Of a DNA stretch of 64,000 nucleotides, positions 1 to 12,854 are shown one piece after another. The stretch spans positions 1,240,001 to 1,304,000 of the forward strand of contig OZ251243.1 of assembly GCA_965240325.2 (NCBI GenBank), written 5' to 3'. The translations under genes and the position numbers were made by a program. The notes under the pieces were generated by a model. It was given only the letters and a program-made list of their open reading frames with translations, ran no database searches and was not told the origin of the DNA. Position 1 is the first letter of the stretch. Each line of letters opens with the position of its first letter. The DNA is from Rebecca billardiae RCC1528. Lineage: Eukaryota > Protista > Haptophyta.

Positions 1-129
1 CTCGCTCGCTCGACCCCGGCGCGGCGGGCAGGCAGCAACCCAGCAGCGGCAGTAGCGGCAGCGGCAGCCGCAGCGGCGGCAGCGGCGGCAGCTCCTCCCG
101 CACGAGGGGCCGCGCAGAGGCCCCCCCCG

Positions 130-667
130 TCAGAAGGCGGTGCCGAAGTTGTCCAGCCCTTTGATGAACTCCTCGTCCAGCAGCGCGCCAAAGATGGCGG
201 CGGAGTCGCCGCCGCCCTCGCTGCTGCGTCGCTTGCTCACGCTCGGCGGCGGTCCGCCCACCACCGCGGGCGCGCCCGGCAGCAGGGGCGGCGGCGACGA
301 GCTCGCCAGCGCGGCGCCAGAGGGCGGCATGACAAACGGTGGTGCCGGCGCGCTCGCGCTCGCGCCGCCGCCATTGGGCTGCGGCGCCGATGCGGCCGGA
401 CCGAGCGCGAAGCCGGGCGGCACGGGTGGCGCGAGCCCGCGGCCGAACCCCGCGCCCACCGCGCCGGCCGGCTGCCCGCCGAACGCGCCCGCACCCACCG
501 GTGCCCCCGTCGCCGCCGCCGCCGCCATCGCCCGCGCCGCCGAGAAGCTGCAGGGTGCCGCGGGCGGCGCGCCGCTCGGCTGCAAACCGTTGGCGAGCGC
601 AGGGGCGCGGCTCGGCGCCGGCGCGGCGTGCTGCTGCGGCGGCGGCTGCGGCGGCTGCTGCTGCTCG

Positions 668-720
<53 letters not shown>

Positions 721-1290
721 TTTCTGCTGACGTCTCCTGCTGGCGCCCGACGCGCCTGAAGCGCCGCTCGGCCGCCGCTTGACGCCGTTCGCGCCGATGG
801 TGGGCTTGCGCTTCTCGGCGGGGGCGGGCGGCTTGACGGCGTCCTTGGAGGGCCTGCCGCCCTTCTTGCCCTTCCGCCCGCCCTTCCGCACGCCGTTCGC
901 GATCGGCGGCTGCTGAATATCCGACAGCTTATTCGGGGGTCGGCGCACGCGCGGCGAGGTGAGCACCAGGCCGGGCTCGCCGCTCGCAGACGCGGCGGCG
1001 TGCTGGAGGTCGATGGGCGGCGGCAGGGCGGAGGCCGGCAGGGTCGTAGGCGGCACGATCGTCACGGGCGCCGGCGCCGGCGCCACCGCCGCCCTGGCGG
1101 GGAGCGGTGGCGCCGGCGCAGCGGCCGCGGCGGGCACGGCCGCGGCCGACGGCCCGGGCTTGGCGCGCAGCGCGGCGGGCTTGCGGGCGGGCTTGGGGCG
1201 GGTGGCGTTGGCGATCTCCTGCGGCGATCCCGTGTAGTCGCCGCCGTGGTACGTCAGCCGCGCGGGCGGCGCGCGCGCGCGGAGCGACAT
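130..1290 (-). CDS. Low-complexity Ala/Pro/Lys-rich hypothetical protein
   Basis: ORF from ATG MSLRARAP to a non-repetitive C-terminus (AIFGALLDEEFIKGLDNFGTAF); basic NLS-like stretches and poly-Ala; no domain recognised. Confidence 0.45.
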
Positions 1291-1737
1291 CGCTCGGGCG
1301 GCGCCCAAGGTCGGCGGGAGGGTGGGGGGCCTGCGCTGGAGGCCCCCTCTGCTGCTGCTAGCCAGCGCGTCAGGGTCGCGACTCGAGAGGCGGGTGCCGC
1401 CCGAGCAAGCTCGCCGAGCGCAGCACTCCTCCACTGGCGGGCGCGATGCGCAAAGCGACGAAGCACGGAGGGGCGCGCGCCTTTTCGACGGCTTTTCCTA
1501 GCCGACCTCGGCCGAACCCGCATGAAATCGAAGCTACAGGAACAGCCACCGGCTCTGATTGGCTGAGAATGACTGGGTGAGAGGGCGTTCGTGAGGCGGG
1601 GAAGCCGGATTTGAACCGTCCGGACATTGAACCCGGACTCCACTCCGAGTCCGGATGAACCACACGAAGCCGGTGCTGCCTGAGCACAATGATGGCCACG
1701 GCCGCGCTCGCCCACCCAGACCTTCCGGCCGCCGGGC

Positions 1738-4567
1738 TCACTGCTCCTCCTCGTGCTTCATCAGCTTGTGCTCGCGCAAAAAGTCCAGGAAGAGCTCCGT
1801 GTCCAGGAAGTCCTCCGCCGACTGCATGATCCGCACGAACGCCTGCGGGTGCAGCGCGTCCCCGATCGTCGGCTCGATCGCCTCCGACGCCTCCTGCACC
1901 TCGAGGAAGAGGGAGGAGATGTGCTCGGCGGCGACGGTGGGGTTGAGCTTGGCGCAGATCGAGGCGAACTCGTCGAGCGAGAGACGCCCGTCGTTGTTCA
2001 CGTCCGCCTGCTTGAACAGCAGCGCCAACCCCTCCGCTTGCTTCTGCGCTCGGCAGAGGCCGCGGGGCGCGCCGCGCGCGGGCGCACGGATGAGCGCGTG
2101 AGCGCGCGCCGCGGGCGCGCGCGCGCGGCAGCGGGCGCGCGCACCTGGAACATCTCCTCGCACGTCTCGATCACGAGGAGCACCAGGCTGTCCACGTCCA
2201 CCATGCTCTTCGCCCCGAGCAGGTGCTCCTCCGTCATCCGCACCATCCGCTGCACATACGTGGCCAGGTGGCGCTCCTTGACGGATTGCAGCGCCTCGGT
2301 GGCCGACATCTCGGCGGTCGAGTCTCTGAACGGCACGGTGAGCTCGCCGTCGGCGGTGTTGGCGAGCTTCTCGCCCACCTCGTTGGGGAACAGCGTGCCC
2401 AGCACGCCGAGCACCGCGTCCACCCGGCTCGGGTTGATCGTGTACCCGGGCTGCAGGCCGCACAGGATCGCAAAGTTTGCGATGCGCTGCGAGCTGGCCG
2501 CGTGCCGCACAGCTCCGTCCAGCAGCGCGCCGAGCGCGTGCGCGGCGCGCGACTTGACCATGTGCCGCTGCATCATCCAGATGTACACGAACTGCGCCCA
2601 GCCCGTGCGCGACTGGTCGGTCAGGTCCGCCGTCCGGTTCGCGCGCAGCTTGTCCTCGTACAGCTCCGCAATGCTCTGCCGGATCTGGTCAGCGTCCAGT
2701 GCGTCCACAGGGCTGGTCTCTTCGGCCGAGGCAAAGCGCGCCCACGCGTCCGTGCTGTCGAACGGCACCCAGACGGCCTGCCCCGAGCGCGCGGCGAGCT
2801 CGATGGCCTCGGCGACGTCGACGTCGCGCACGAGCGGCGCGAACGCCTCCTCGGGCGACGCCTGGCACCCCACGTCCGCGGTGGTCGCGTTGCCCGGCGC
2901 GGGCGCGCGCTGCTGCGCGCGCTGCGCGAGCCGCGTCTTGAGTGTGTCCTTCTGCCGCTCTGTGAGGCCGTGGCCGAGCAGCGCGATGTACTCCTCGTCC
3001 GAGAGGTTGGAGCGGAAGGAGGAGAGCACGGACAGCCGGTCGTCGGTCGACAGGCCCTCGAAGAGCGTGATCGCGTACTGCGCGCCGTCCCCTGACCACG
3101 CCTGCGGCCGCGCGCGCGGCGGGAGTGCGGGTGCACGTCGCGCAGGGGCAGTCTCTCAGCGTGGGCGCAGGCGCGGCGGCGGTGCCAGGGGCGGCAGACG
3201 ACGCGCGGCAGCGCTGTGTCTCGCGCGCCGGGGGAGGGGCGTGTGGTCACCACACACGCACACACGCGCGCACGCACGCACGGTCCACGCAACCCGCCAG
3301 AAACAAAACAACGGGGCCAACAAGGGGGGATGTTCACGCAAAGAATGCACGAACGAGACAGCAGCCGCGCTGTGCTCGGCAGCGCTGCAGCACGCACCGC
3401 CACCAGCTGGTCGACCAGCTCGATCATCTTGCGCGCGGGCAGCTGCTCGAGGACGATCTGCAGCACGCCCGCGTCCTCGCGCCCGCCGCCCGCGTCCGCC
3501 GCCTCGCGCAGCGACGTGTGCAGCAGCTCGACCACGTCGCCCGGGCCCATCACCTCCAGCTGCTCCGCGATGAGCGCCCCCAGCTGGTCCTTGGGCAGCG
3601 ACTCGAGCGCGCGCGAGAGGACCGACAGCTGCTCGTGCGCGTCCAGACGCGTCACCACCTCGGAGAGGAGCTGGAGGCGGTCGGCGACGGAGCGGATCCG
3701 GCGGAACTCGGAGATGAGCGGGTTGGGCGCCTTGTGCGCCCGCTCCTCGCGCACCGCGTGGCTCAGCTGCCGCCGCGTCGGCAGCTTCGAGTTGGCGCGA
3801 GAGAGCCGGTTGCGCGAGGCCGTGAGAGCCGCGTGGTCGCTGCGCATCGCCTCGAGCTGCTCGAGCCGCTCCTGCAGGGTGTGCTCGACGGACTCCATCC
3901 GGTCGAGCTTGGGCAGCGCCTCGGCGGTGTGCGCGTAGTACAGATGGCGCAGCCGCAGCAGCAGCTGCGCGCGCTCGGCGCAGTGCACGTGCTCCTGCCG
4001 CGCGAGCTCTGAGAGCGCGATGTCTCGCGCGTCCAGCTGCGCGTGCGGGTCGTCGCCCGCCGCGCGTAGCAGCGTGTCGTACGCGCGCGAGAGGTGGGCG
4101 ACCTCGGCGCGGGAGGTGGGCATCGCGCTCGGGAAGACCAGCTCGCCGCCCGGCCCGCGCACGTGCAGCTTCTCCGGGATCTCCGTCGGCGGCGGCGGCG
4201 TGAGCAGCCCCTGCTGCGCGGCCGCCCACGCGCTCTCCTCGTCACCGGCGGCGTAACGGCCGTGGCCGGCGAGGTCGGAGAGCGCGGAGACCTCGATCCG
4301 CGCGCCGGCCGACTCCTCGCGCGGCAGCGGGCGCAGCACCAGCTGGCCGCCCGGCCACACGCGCACGCGCTCGTGGTCGTCGACGCCGCGCGGCTGCGGC
4401 GGCGAGGGACTGCCACCGACCGCGCGCGCGTCGGCGCGCGGCGCGGAGCCCGCGCCGATCGGGCTGAGCGGCGAGCGCGAGAGGTCGCGCCCGCTGAGCA
4501 GCGAGTGCTGCAGCTGCGGCGCGAGCGACGGCTGCTGCCGCTCGCCGCGGAGCGGCGGCGACGACAT
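1738..4567 (-). CDS. Axonemal dynein light chain domain protein (AXDND1-like) with C-terminal EF-hand; about 3 exons
   Basis: VFPSAMPTSRAEVAHL...ELARQEHVHCAERAQLLLRLR resembles the Ax_dynein_light domain; last exon has EF-hand loop DVNNDGRLSLDEF; GT-AG introns near 3102-3398 and 2044-2144. Confidence 0.65.
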
Positions 4568-4740
4568 GCCGCCAACGCGCGTGCTGCGGCCTTCGCGGCC
4601 GCCCTGCTGCGCGCAGCTGAGTTAGTGATGCAAAGGACCCGTAACCGCTGCTCATCGCATGATTTCGCGCAGCAAGGTTTTTTGTACGCATCAGCAACAA
4701 TTCCTCCTCGACATCAGCTGCCGGGCTCGCTGCTCACAGC

Positions 4741-5943
4741 TCAGCCGTAGCGCACGTCGAGGTCGCAGCGCCGGCGCACCTCCTCGACCGTGCCGCCGGG
4801 CGGCTCGTCGAGCGGGCGCACGTCGATGCGGTAGAGGTGGTCCCACTGCTTCCCCGTCACGTACAGCTCGCGCAGCGCGCCGCCCTCCGCCGCGTCCGCC
4901 GCGGGCGCGCTGCCGTTATATGCGATTCCATTCAGAACAAAGTGCAGCCGGTGCCGCGCCACGCGCGGGTCCTGCTCCGCCTCGAGTCCGGTCAGATCGA
5001 CCCAGCCGAGCACGACGCCGTCGGACGGGCGGATGCGCGCGATGCAGTACGAGGCCTTGCCCACCCACATCGGGTACACGTTCGCCCACAGCTCCGCCCC
5101 CACCATCTCCAGCTCGTTCAGCCCCTCGATGCGCGCGACGCCCGCGCCGCCGCCCGCGCCGCCGCCCGCGCCGCCGCCGCCGCCGCCGCCGCCGCCGAGC
5201 CGCGGGTCGGTGACGACGATGGTGTGCTCGACGGCGAGCGAGTCGGGCTCGATCACGAGGAGCACGGACGAGCCGTTCGACGCGATCAGCCGGTCCGCCG
5301 CCGCGTCGTACGCCAGCCCCCACATCTCGCGCACCGGCATGCGGCGCACCTCGCCCTCGGCCGGCGCGGCCGCCGCCTCGTCCGCGTCCGGCACGGGCGA
5401 GGCGCGCATGCGCGTGGGCGTGGGCCGGCCCGCGCGGCCGGTGTACTCGAGGACGAGGTTCTCGCGCCAGGTGAGCTGCACCAGCGCCCGCCCGGGCAAG
5501 CACGCGAGCCCCTCGCCGAACACCATCTTCGGCAGACGGTACGTCGCGCTCGGCGCCGGCGCGCGGCCGGTCGCACGGTCGACGCGCCGCACCTCCGACT
5601 CGCCGTACTGGCCGGTGGACTCCCAGAGGGCGCCGGCGTCGTCGACGCAGAGGCCCTGCGTGAACGCGGACGGGTCGTGCGGGTACCGCTCGAGCACCAC
5701 GTGCTCGCTCAGGTACGCGCTCGGGAGGGTCGGCTGGTGCGCGGCGCGCGGCGCGGCGTGCCGGAGCGCGGCCGACTCGCGCGCCGCCGGTCGGTCGGCG
5801 GCGGCGCTCGGCCGGCCGCGCGACCATGCGCGTGCAGCGATGGCCGCGCAGAGCGCCACGCCGCACGCGCCCACGAGGGCCCACGGCACGCGCCGCCGCG
5901 CCTCGCGCGAATGGCGTGGCGGCTTGCCGCGGGAGGCCGCCAT
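4741..5943 (-). CDS. Glutaminyl-peptide cyclotransferase (plant/bacterial type, Glu_cyclase_2)
   Basis: Motifs YPHDPSAFTQGL, ESTGQYG, FGEGL, LTWRE, WGLA, LNELE, VLNGIAY, VTGKQW; N-terminal hydrophobic anchor. Confidence 0.9.
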   Translation of the reverse strand: MAASRGKPPRHSREARRRVPWALVGACGVALCAAIAARAWSRGRPSAAADRPAARESAALRHAAPRAAHQPTLPSAYLSEHVVLERYPHDPSAFTQGLCVDDAGALWESTGQYGESEVRRVDRATGRAPAPSATYRLPKMVFGEGLACLPGRALVQLTWRENLVLEYTGRAGRPTPTRMRASPVPDADEAAAAPAEGEVRRMPVREMWGLAYDAAADRLIASNGSSVLLVIEPDSLAVEHTIVVTDPRLGGGGGGGGGAGGGAGGGAGVARIEGLNELEMVGAELWANVYPMWVGKASYCIARIRPSDGVVLGWVDLTGLEAEQDPRVARHRLHFVLNGIAYNGSAPAADAAEGGALRELYVTGKQWDHLYRIDVRPLDEPPGGTVEEVRRRCDLDVRYG

Positions 5944-6086
5944 GCTGGGCCCGCGCACGCGGGATTTTGCGCTGCGCCCGCGCTGGCTCCAGCGTCGTCC
6001 GAAGCGACACGTCGATCGCGCGCGCGGAGGACCTCTGCAGCACCTCGCTGCGCTCGCGAGCGGCGGGTCGCAGCGCGGGCGCGACC

Positions 6087-6625
6087 ATGGCGATGATGAA
6101 GAAGCGCGCGCTCGCGGCGCTCGAGGCCGCGGCGCGAGAGGCGGACGAGCGCGCCGACGAGCCCGCATCCGCGCCCGACGCCGACGCCGCGCCCGCCATG
6201 TTCGCTCCGAAGAAGAAGCTCGCGGCGGTGGCGGCGGCGGCGCTCGTGGCAGAGGGCGCGGAGGAGGGCGCGGCGGCGCCGAGCGCGGCGGCGGCGGGCG
6301 GCGGCGGTTTGGCGGTGCGAGGGGTCACCACCGCCGCCGCGCTTCCCGAGCAGCCCGCCTCCGCGCCCTCGCCCGGCCTCGGCCGCCTGGGCAGCTTCCG
6401 AATCCCGAAGAAGAAGAAAGGATCGGCGGCGGCGGCGGCGGCGCCGAGCGCAGACGCGCCGTCCGCGCCGCCGCCGCCGCCGGGCGCGAGCACACCGGTG
6501 GGGGCAGGCGGGGCGGGGCTCGGCATGTCGCCGCGCGCCGCGCCCTCGCCCTACGCCGCGCCGCACCCCAGAGCAGCGGGCGCGCAGCAGCAGCACGAGG
6601 CGGCGGCGGCAGCGGCCGCGCTCGC

Positions 6626-6659
<34 letters not shown>

Positions 6660-7730
6660 ATGGAGGGCGTCGGCGTGGGCGGCGCGGCTGACGTGCTGGC
6701 GGAGCTCGGCGCGAGCGGCCCCGTCGGCCCCGGCACGCCGCGCAGCGGCATGAGCGCCGCCGCCGCCCCCGTGCCGCGCAGACAGCCCGCCCTCCGCTCC
6801 GGGCCAATTCCAGAGGGCTGGCGGGAGTGTGCGCCGCACGGGCACGTGACGCATCGGCTGCTGCCGTGCAAGACGTTCCTCGGCGCGGCGTTCGACGGGC
6901 GGATCGAGCCGCACGCGCGCTGGGCGCCGCCCATGATCCGGCAGGTCGCCAACGGCCACGTCCGCCTCGTCGTCGACCTGTGCGCCACCTCCCGCTACTA
7001 CGAGCCTCAGGAGCTGCCGCCTGGGGTCGCCTATCACAAGGTGCTGGTACCGGGGCGCTCGGTGCCGCCGCCCGAGGCGGTGGCGGAGTTCGTGAGGCTG
7101 GTGGACACGTACCTCACCGACCCGCGCTGGCCCAACGCCGTCGCCGCCGTGCACTGCACCCACGGCGTCAACCGGACCGGGTACATGATCGCCAGCTACC
7201 TGGTGTGCCGCCGCCAGCTGAGCGTGCGGGACGCTCTGGGCTGCTTCACCGCGGCGCGCTTCCCGGGCATGTGGCGGCAGGAGCTGGTGGACGCGCTGCA
7301 CGCGCAGTACGGCGGGCCGCCGCCCGAGCCGAGCGCGCAGCCGCCGCCGTGGGCCGACGCCGAGCGCGCCGGCGCCGCCGGCGCCGTTGGCGACGAGCTG
7401 CACGCGCAGCGCGGCGGCGGCGGCGGCGGCGGCGGCGCGGACGGCGGCGTTGGTGGCGGGCCGCTCGCGCCGCGCGCGCCGCCGCCGCCGATGCACGCGC
7501 GAGCGCTGCCGCCGGGCGGCATGGGCGTGCCGGGCGGCGGCGGCGGCCCGCTGCCTGGGGGGCTGCCGCCGCCCGCCGGCGCGGGCGCGGGCGGCGCGGA
7601 CATGCGTCAGCCGCCGTGGGGACCGCCGGGTCACAGGCCGCCGCCATACGGCCCGGGGCCGGGCGGCGCGCCGCCCGAGTCTTGGCCCCCCGAGTGGGCC
7701 GGCGGCGGGATGCCGCAGAGGCGCATGTGA
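6087..7730 (+). CDS. RNA 5'-triphosphatase-like dual-specificity phosphatase (capping-enzyme/DUSP11 type)
   Basis: HCTHGVNRTGY active-site loop, preceded by IPEGWREC...LLPCKT...VDLCATSRYY. Confidence 0.85.
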
Positions 7731-7857
7731 GCGGCCGCGCTGAGTGGCGCAGGGGCGTGCCGGCGCGCGCGCGCGCGGTGGGGACGCGCCGGCGACGCCC
7801 GAGCTGGCGGACATGCCGCCGCTCGCGCTGCGGCTGCCCCCGGCCCGGCCGCTGATG

Positions 7858-8766
7858 GGCCTGTTTTATTTCTACGAGAGCCCAAAGGCGACATTCGCCA
7901 AGACGCGGTACAATGGCGGCTTGCCCGCTGGTGCGGGCCCCGGAGCTAGTCCGGAGAAGTGATGGCACGTCATTCGCGCATTCTCGTGTTGAGGCGCTGC
8001 GCTGTGGCGAAGGATGTTGTCAGACATGCTGATTCGCCTTGCCGTGGTGCTTCGCCTTGACACAGGGGTCACTCGCGGTGCACGGCAGTGTGCACGATGC
8101 AGCGGCGGCGAGCGGCGGCAAACCGCTGCAGCTGGAGGCCCTCTGCAAGCTGCAAGCACTCTGCCTTGGCTGCTGCGTCGCACCCGTGTCAGTTAGCGAC
8201 CAGTTCACAGCCAGATGGACTGCAATCGCCACCAGCTCTAAACGCTCCGCCGCCACTACCTTGTCGAGCTTGAGATGCTTCCGTTCGGCGTGCGCTTGCT
8301 TGCAGCTTGCCGCCTGCATTTGAACGTGATCGCGGAAGGTTAGTAGGCCGGATGCTCAGGCCTCCTCGGCGTATAATATTACAAGGTGCGTGCCACGCGC
8401 ACCCATGACGCGCGGAAAGGCGTGCACACGCGTCCTCGCGCATCTTTCAGGCTGCAGTCTTGGCCAAGATGATGAGAACAAGCCTGCCAGTGCCGCGCAG
8501 GCGCGAGCGCGCGGAGAGTTCTGGGATCCGACCCATGGTGTTGGGTGTACCTCGTGTGCGACAACGACGAGGCGGACGAGCGCCGCAACTGGATTCGTGC
8601 ACTCACCGGTCACCGAGGAGTGCACGAATCGCATTCCTTGCGCACGTGGGGGCCGCCATCGGCCGTGAGAGGTACACCCAACGGGGCGTGACACCGATTC
8701 CCACTGGCGAGCACGGGTTTGTCGCCGTGACATAGTAAATGGAATCTGGTAGAAATAAAACAGGCC
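7858..8766. mobile_element. Non-autonomous TIR element (~909 bp)
   Basis: 18-bp perfect TIR GGCCTGTTTTATTTCTAC (7858-7875; reverse complement at 8749-8766), GATG on both flanks, lower-GC interior with no convincing ORF. Confidence 0.7.
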
Positions 8767-9375
8767 GATGAGTCGTGCTGCTCGCGCTGATTGATGCGGC
8801 AGCGGCCGCCGCCGGACGAGTACGCGCCAGGCCATAACTAGTCGCCGTCAGCAGCGGACGATGTCTCACTGTGCTCATCGTCGATTGTCAGCAGCATATT
8901 ATAACTGCTATTTATTATTATTAATTATATATATAATTAATACTAATAATAACGACATAATTAGAGCCCGACGATGGCAGAGTCACTCATTAGACCGGCG
9001 GGGCCTGACGGTCTTCAGTCAGTCATCACTGGCATCCGAGCGGCAGCCAGTTAAGTACTACCTTGTAGTCTATAGTCGCGGGCTCCAGTGACGCATCATC
9101 AGGACTCGGTCTCAGAAGTGGCAGAGACAGAGCCAGAGGCGGGCAGTACTCGGACTATGAGTACTGTCTAGTCGGTAGTCTGTAAGATCGAGCGAGTAAT
9201 ATATCTGATGAGGGCGAGGCGCCGCGCTGCCGGCGGCCTGCCGCGGCCCGCGGCGGCCGTATAGTGCGGTCGTCTCACTCTCCGAGTCTCTCATCCCGTT
9301 GCAATGGCCGCCGTGTTTAACGCGCAGCGGCCGCCTATTCATTACGTCCGTCGCCGGAGCTGCGGAGCAGCCCTA

Positions 9376-9916
9376 CAGGCAATCGCGGGCAATAAGAAGT
9401 CAGAGGTCTCACGGCTAGTCTCGGTTTCTTAGCCGTTCGGTAGCCCGAGCGCCTACGGAGTCTCAGTTTCTTAGCTAGGTCCGCCCGCCGCGCAGGCGCG
9501 GGGGGCGCAGGGGGGCAGAGCCCCCCGCTGAGTCTTTAGGCCCGGCCGGCGAGGCCGAAGAAAATTTTGGGCCTTTTTGGAGCAAATCTGGCATGATGTT
9601 GCATGGATGCTGCGGTGCACTGGCCAGGAGTCAGTCATCAGGAGAAGTTGGGACTTGGCCTGTACTCGTAGTCGGGCCGCGCACCGCGTCCCCGACGTAC
9701 GCGGGCCGACTGCGGCCTCGCCCTCGGCGGACTGCCACTCCGGCACTCGTCAGCCGGGACGACGTAGTCCCGGTTTCTTAGTGTGACTATGCGTATAGCG
9801 AACCAGCCAATCGCTAGTCTCAGTTTCTAGGCCAGATCCGCAGATCGATAGCAAGCCCCAGTTTCTTAATAACGTGACAGCTCCGCGCCTTATTGCGCCC
9901 GCGATTATTGCCCGTG
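9376..9916. mobile_element. MITE-like element with imperfect TIRs and internal repeats
   Basis: Left CAGGCAATCGCGGGCAATAAG versus right CTTATTGCGCCCGCGATTATTGCCCGTG; five copies of a GTCTC(A/G)GTTTCTTA-like motif at about 9418, 9460, 9767, 9817 and 9855. Confidence 0.5.
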
Positions 9917-10239
9917 TCACAGTCTCTGACTCACTAGTCTGACGGCACTGGAATCACGGATCAGAGAGACAGGGTAGTAGCGCCTGCTGGTTCATCCCCC
10001 CCATCAAAAGGACATCCTGGGGGAAGGGGGTCTTCAACATACTGAAACTGGTGCAGCATTTCTAAGGCAGTAAGCTAGCTATCAGTATATGTCGCGGTGT
10101 CGATTGGACCGATGGATCGGCAGCCGGACTCGGACGGCGACGCGGTGCCGTGACCCAGCCGCCACGCGCAGTAGTTGTGCCGTGGTGCCCCGGCTCGCAG
10201 GCAGGCCCCACCCGCACGCTCGGCACGCCCCCTCCAGGC

Positions 10240-11078
10240 TCACACCAGCGCCAGCCGCTCGTCCAGCAGCAGCGGCTCCACCTGGTGGTACCGCAGCACG
10301 CGCACGTCTCCCGCCTGCAGCTCGATGCTCTCACTGCGCGCACGGCAGCGCGCGTGCGAGGAAGGGGGCGCGGGGCGCGGGGTGCTCGGGGCGGGGCGGG
10401 TTTGGGGTGCGCTGGGCTCGCCGCCGCCACCCACCGCGCGCGCCGCGCGCAGCGCCGCCGCCGCGCACCCGCCCGCGTCGAAGGCGCCAATGTGCTCGAG
10501 CACGCGGCAGAAGACGTGGGTACTTTCGTTGGGCGTTGGCGTCAGCTTGCGCAGCTCGTCGGGGCGGAGCCTGCGCATCTCGGCGGGGCCCTGCTCGAGC
10601 CGGTCGGTCATCTGCGACGTCATGTGCGCATCGATCAGCGTGACGTACCCCTTCGCGTAGTTGAGCTCCGCGTCGGAGAGGCGCGCGGCCAGCTCAGGCG
10701 AATCGAGTATCGACATCACGTTCGTGTTGATCTTGTGCAGCCGCACGCGGAGGTAGGCGCGGACGAGCCAGCGCACACGCTCGAGCTCGAGCTCATAGTA
10801 CGGCCGCAGCTGGTCGTCCGCGGACAGGTCGTTGCTGATGTGGTCCTCCTGCGCGCGCGTCGCGCACCGGAGGCGGGCGCGCGCGCGATCGCGCGCGTCG
10901 GCGCTGCGCGGCGCCGCGCGCGCGCGGGACGTTGGGCGGTCCAGGCGCGCACCTGCGAGGTGATCAGGTTCATCATGAGGGACACCTTGTCCTCCTCGTA
11001 CGGCAGGATGATCGGCGCGCACTTCTCGTTGATGTACGCCTGCGTGAGCTGCTCGACGTCCTCGTTGACCGTCGCCAT
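10240..11078 (-). CDS. SLD5: GINS complex subunit Sld5/GINS4; 3 exons
   Basis: AYINEKCAPIILPYE, ELERVRWLVRAYLRVRLHKI, LSDAELNYA, PNESTHVFCRV, GDVRVLRYHQV; introns about 10849-10952 and 10334-10468. Confidence 0.9.
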
Positions 11079-11278
11079 CCTTGCCCGCGCGGGCGGGCTG
11101 GGGTGACCGTTGGTCGAATATGAATTCCTCGCGACATCCACGGTTGCGAGCAGCGCTTTTGACTGCACACGTTCAACGTGCGCAGGCCTGCGCGCCCTCG
11201 CGGGTCGGCGAGGAAGCACTGGCGCCGCTGCAGCTCCGGCGGCGGCCAACGATCTGCACGGGCACGCACGGGGGGGCG

Positions 11279-12854
11279 ATGAGCAGCAGCGCAGCACCGG
11301 CGGCGGACGCGGCGCCGGCGTGCGCCGCGCCGGCGGCGGATGCGGACGACACGCTGCCTGGCACGGCGGAGGAGTGCACCGCGCGCGCGCGCGAGCTCAC
11401 CAAGGCCGGCGACCTCGAGGCCGCCATCTCGCACTTCTCAAAGGCGCTCGAGCTGAGCGTCGCGGCGTACGGCGACATGGACGCGCGCTGCGCGGACGCG
11501 TACTACCGGTACGCGGACGCGATCGTGCAGAAGGTGCGGTCGGAGAACGACCCGTTCGGCGCCGCGCTGCAGAAGCCGCAGGACGCGGACGAAGACAATG
11601 ACGACGACGAAGACACCGGTGCGCGCGCGATCGCGCGGCACTGGCGCGCGCGCTCCGCCCCGCTCCGCCCCGCGGCTGAGCCGTCCGCCGCCCGGCGCGC
11701 GCGCTCTCTCCGCGCGGCGTAGGCCTGCCGAACGGCCCGACGCCCGCGCCCGCGCGCGGCGGCGCGTCCTCCTCCGGCGCGGGCGGCAGCGCGGACGCGG
11801 CGGCTGCGGAGGAGGAGGAGGGCGCTGAGGACGAGGCGGAGGCGGAGGCGGAGGCGGAGGGCCCGGTGGGGGAGCTGCAGGTGGCGTGGGAGTGCCTGGA
11901 GACGGCGCGCGTGCTCTTCGAGGCGCAGCCGGGGAAGGAGGCGCAGCTGCGCGCGGCGGACTGCTACATCGGCCTGGGCGACATTCGCATGGAGAACGGT
12001 ACGCGCCCGACGCACGCGCGCCCGCGCCCGCCGCCGCCGTGGGCGGCAGCCGCGCGCGGCGCCGCGCGCCAGGCGGCGCTGACTGGCGCGCGCGCGGCCG
12101 CCGCCCCCGCGCCGCGCGCGCGCGCGCAGAGGACCTCGAGGGCGCGATCTCCGACTACGGCGCCGCGCTGTGCCTCGCGCGCGCGCACCTGCCCGCGCAC
12201 GACCGCACGCGCTCGCACGTCCACTACCAGCTGGGCGTGGCGCGGCAGCTGAGCGGCGACGGCGCGGGCGCGCGCGCGGAGTTCGAGGCGGCGGCGGGCG
12301 CGCTCCGCGCGCGCGTCGCGCTGCTGGAGCGCGCGCCGGCGGAGCTCGGCGCCGGCTCGGCCGAGCACGGCGCGGACGAGGCGCGCGCGCTGCGCGAGAT
12401 CATAGCGGAGATCGAGGACAAGTTGGACGCCGAGGCGGAGGCGGAGGCGGCGCAGGCGGAGGCGGCAAGCGCGGTGCCGGGCGGCGGCGCGCGCGACGCC
12501 GGCGGCGCGGGCGGCTCGGGCGGCGCGGGCTCGGCCTCGGGCGCGCAGCCGGCGGCGGACACGGCGGGTGCCGGCGCGCAGGCCGCGCGGGCGGGCGGCG
12601 CCGCGGCCGAGCCGCAGAGCGGCTTCGGCAGGCCACAGCTCGGCGGGGGCGCGGCCGCCGATGGCTTCGCCGACGGAGCCGGCGGCGCGGCCGGCACCGC
12701 TGGCGCGGCGCCGGTGAGCGTGCTCACCGTCCGGCGGAAGCAGGACGGCGGCGCGCCGGCGGCGTGCACGGGCGCGGCGGGCAAGGCGGCGGCGGACGGC
12801 GAGCCGGCGGCAGATGGGGCGGCGCGCAAGAAGGCGCGCATCGCGCTCGAGTAG
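11279..12854 (+). CDS. NASP: NASP/Sim3/Hif1-type histone chaperone (SHNi-TPR); 3 exons
   Basis: Interrupted TPR with acidic insert: YGDMDARCADAYYRYADA...ELQVAWECLETAR...DCYIGLGDIRMEN/DLEGAISDY; C-terminal NLS RKKAR. Confidence 0.85.
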
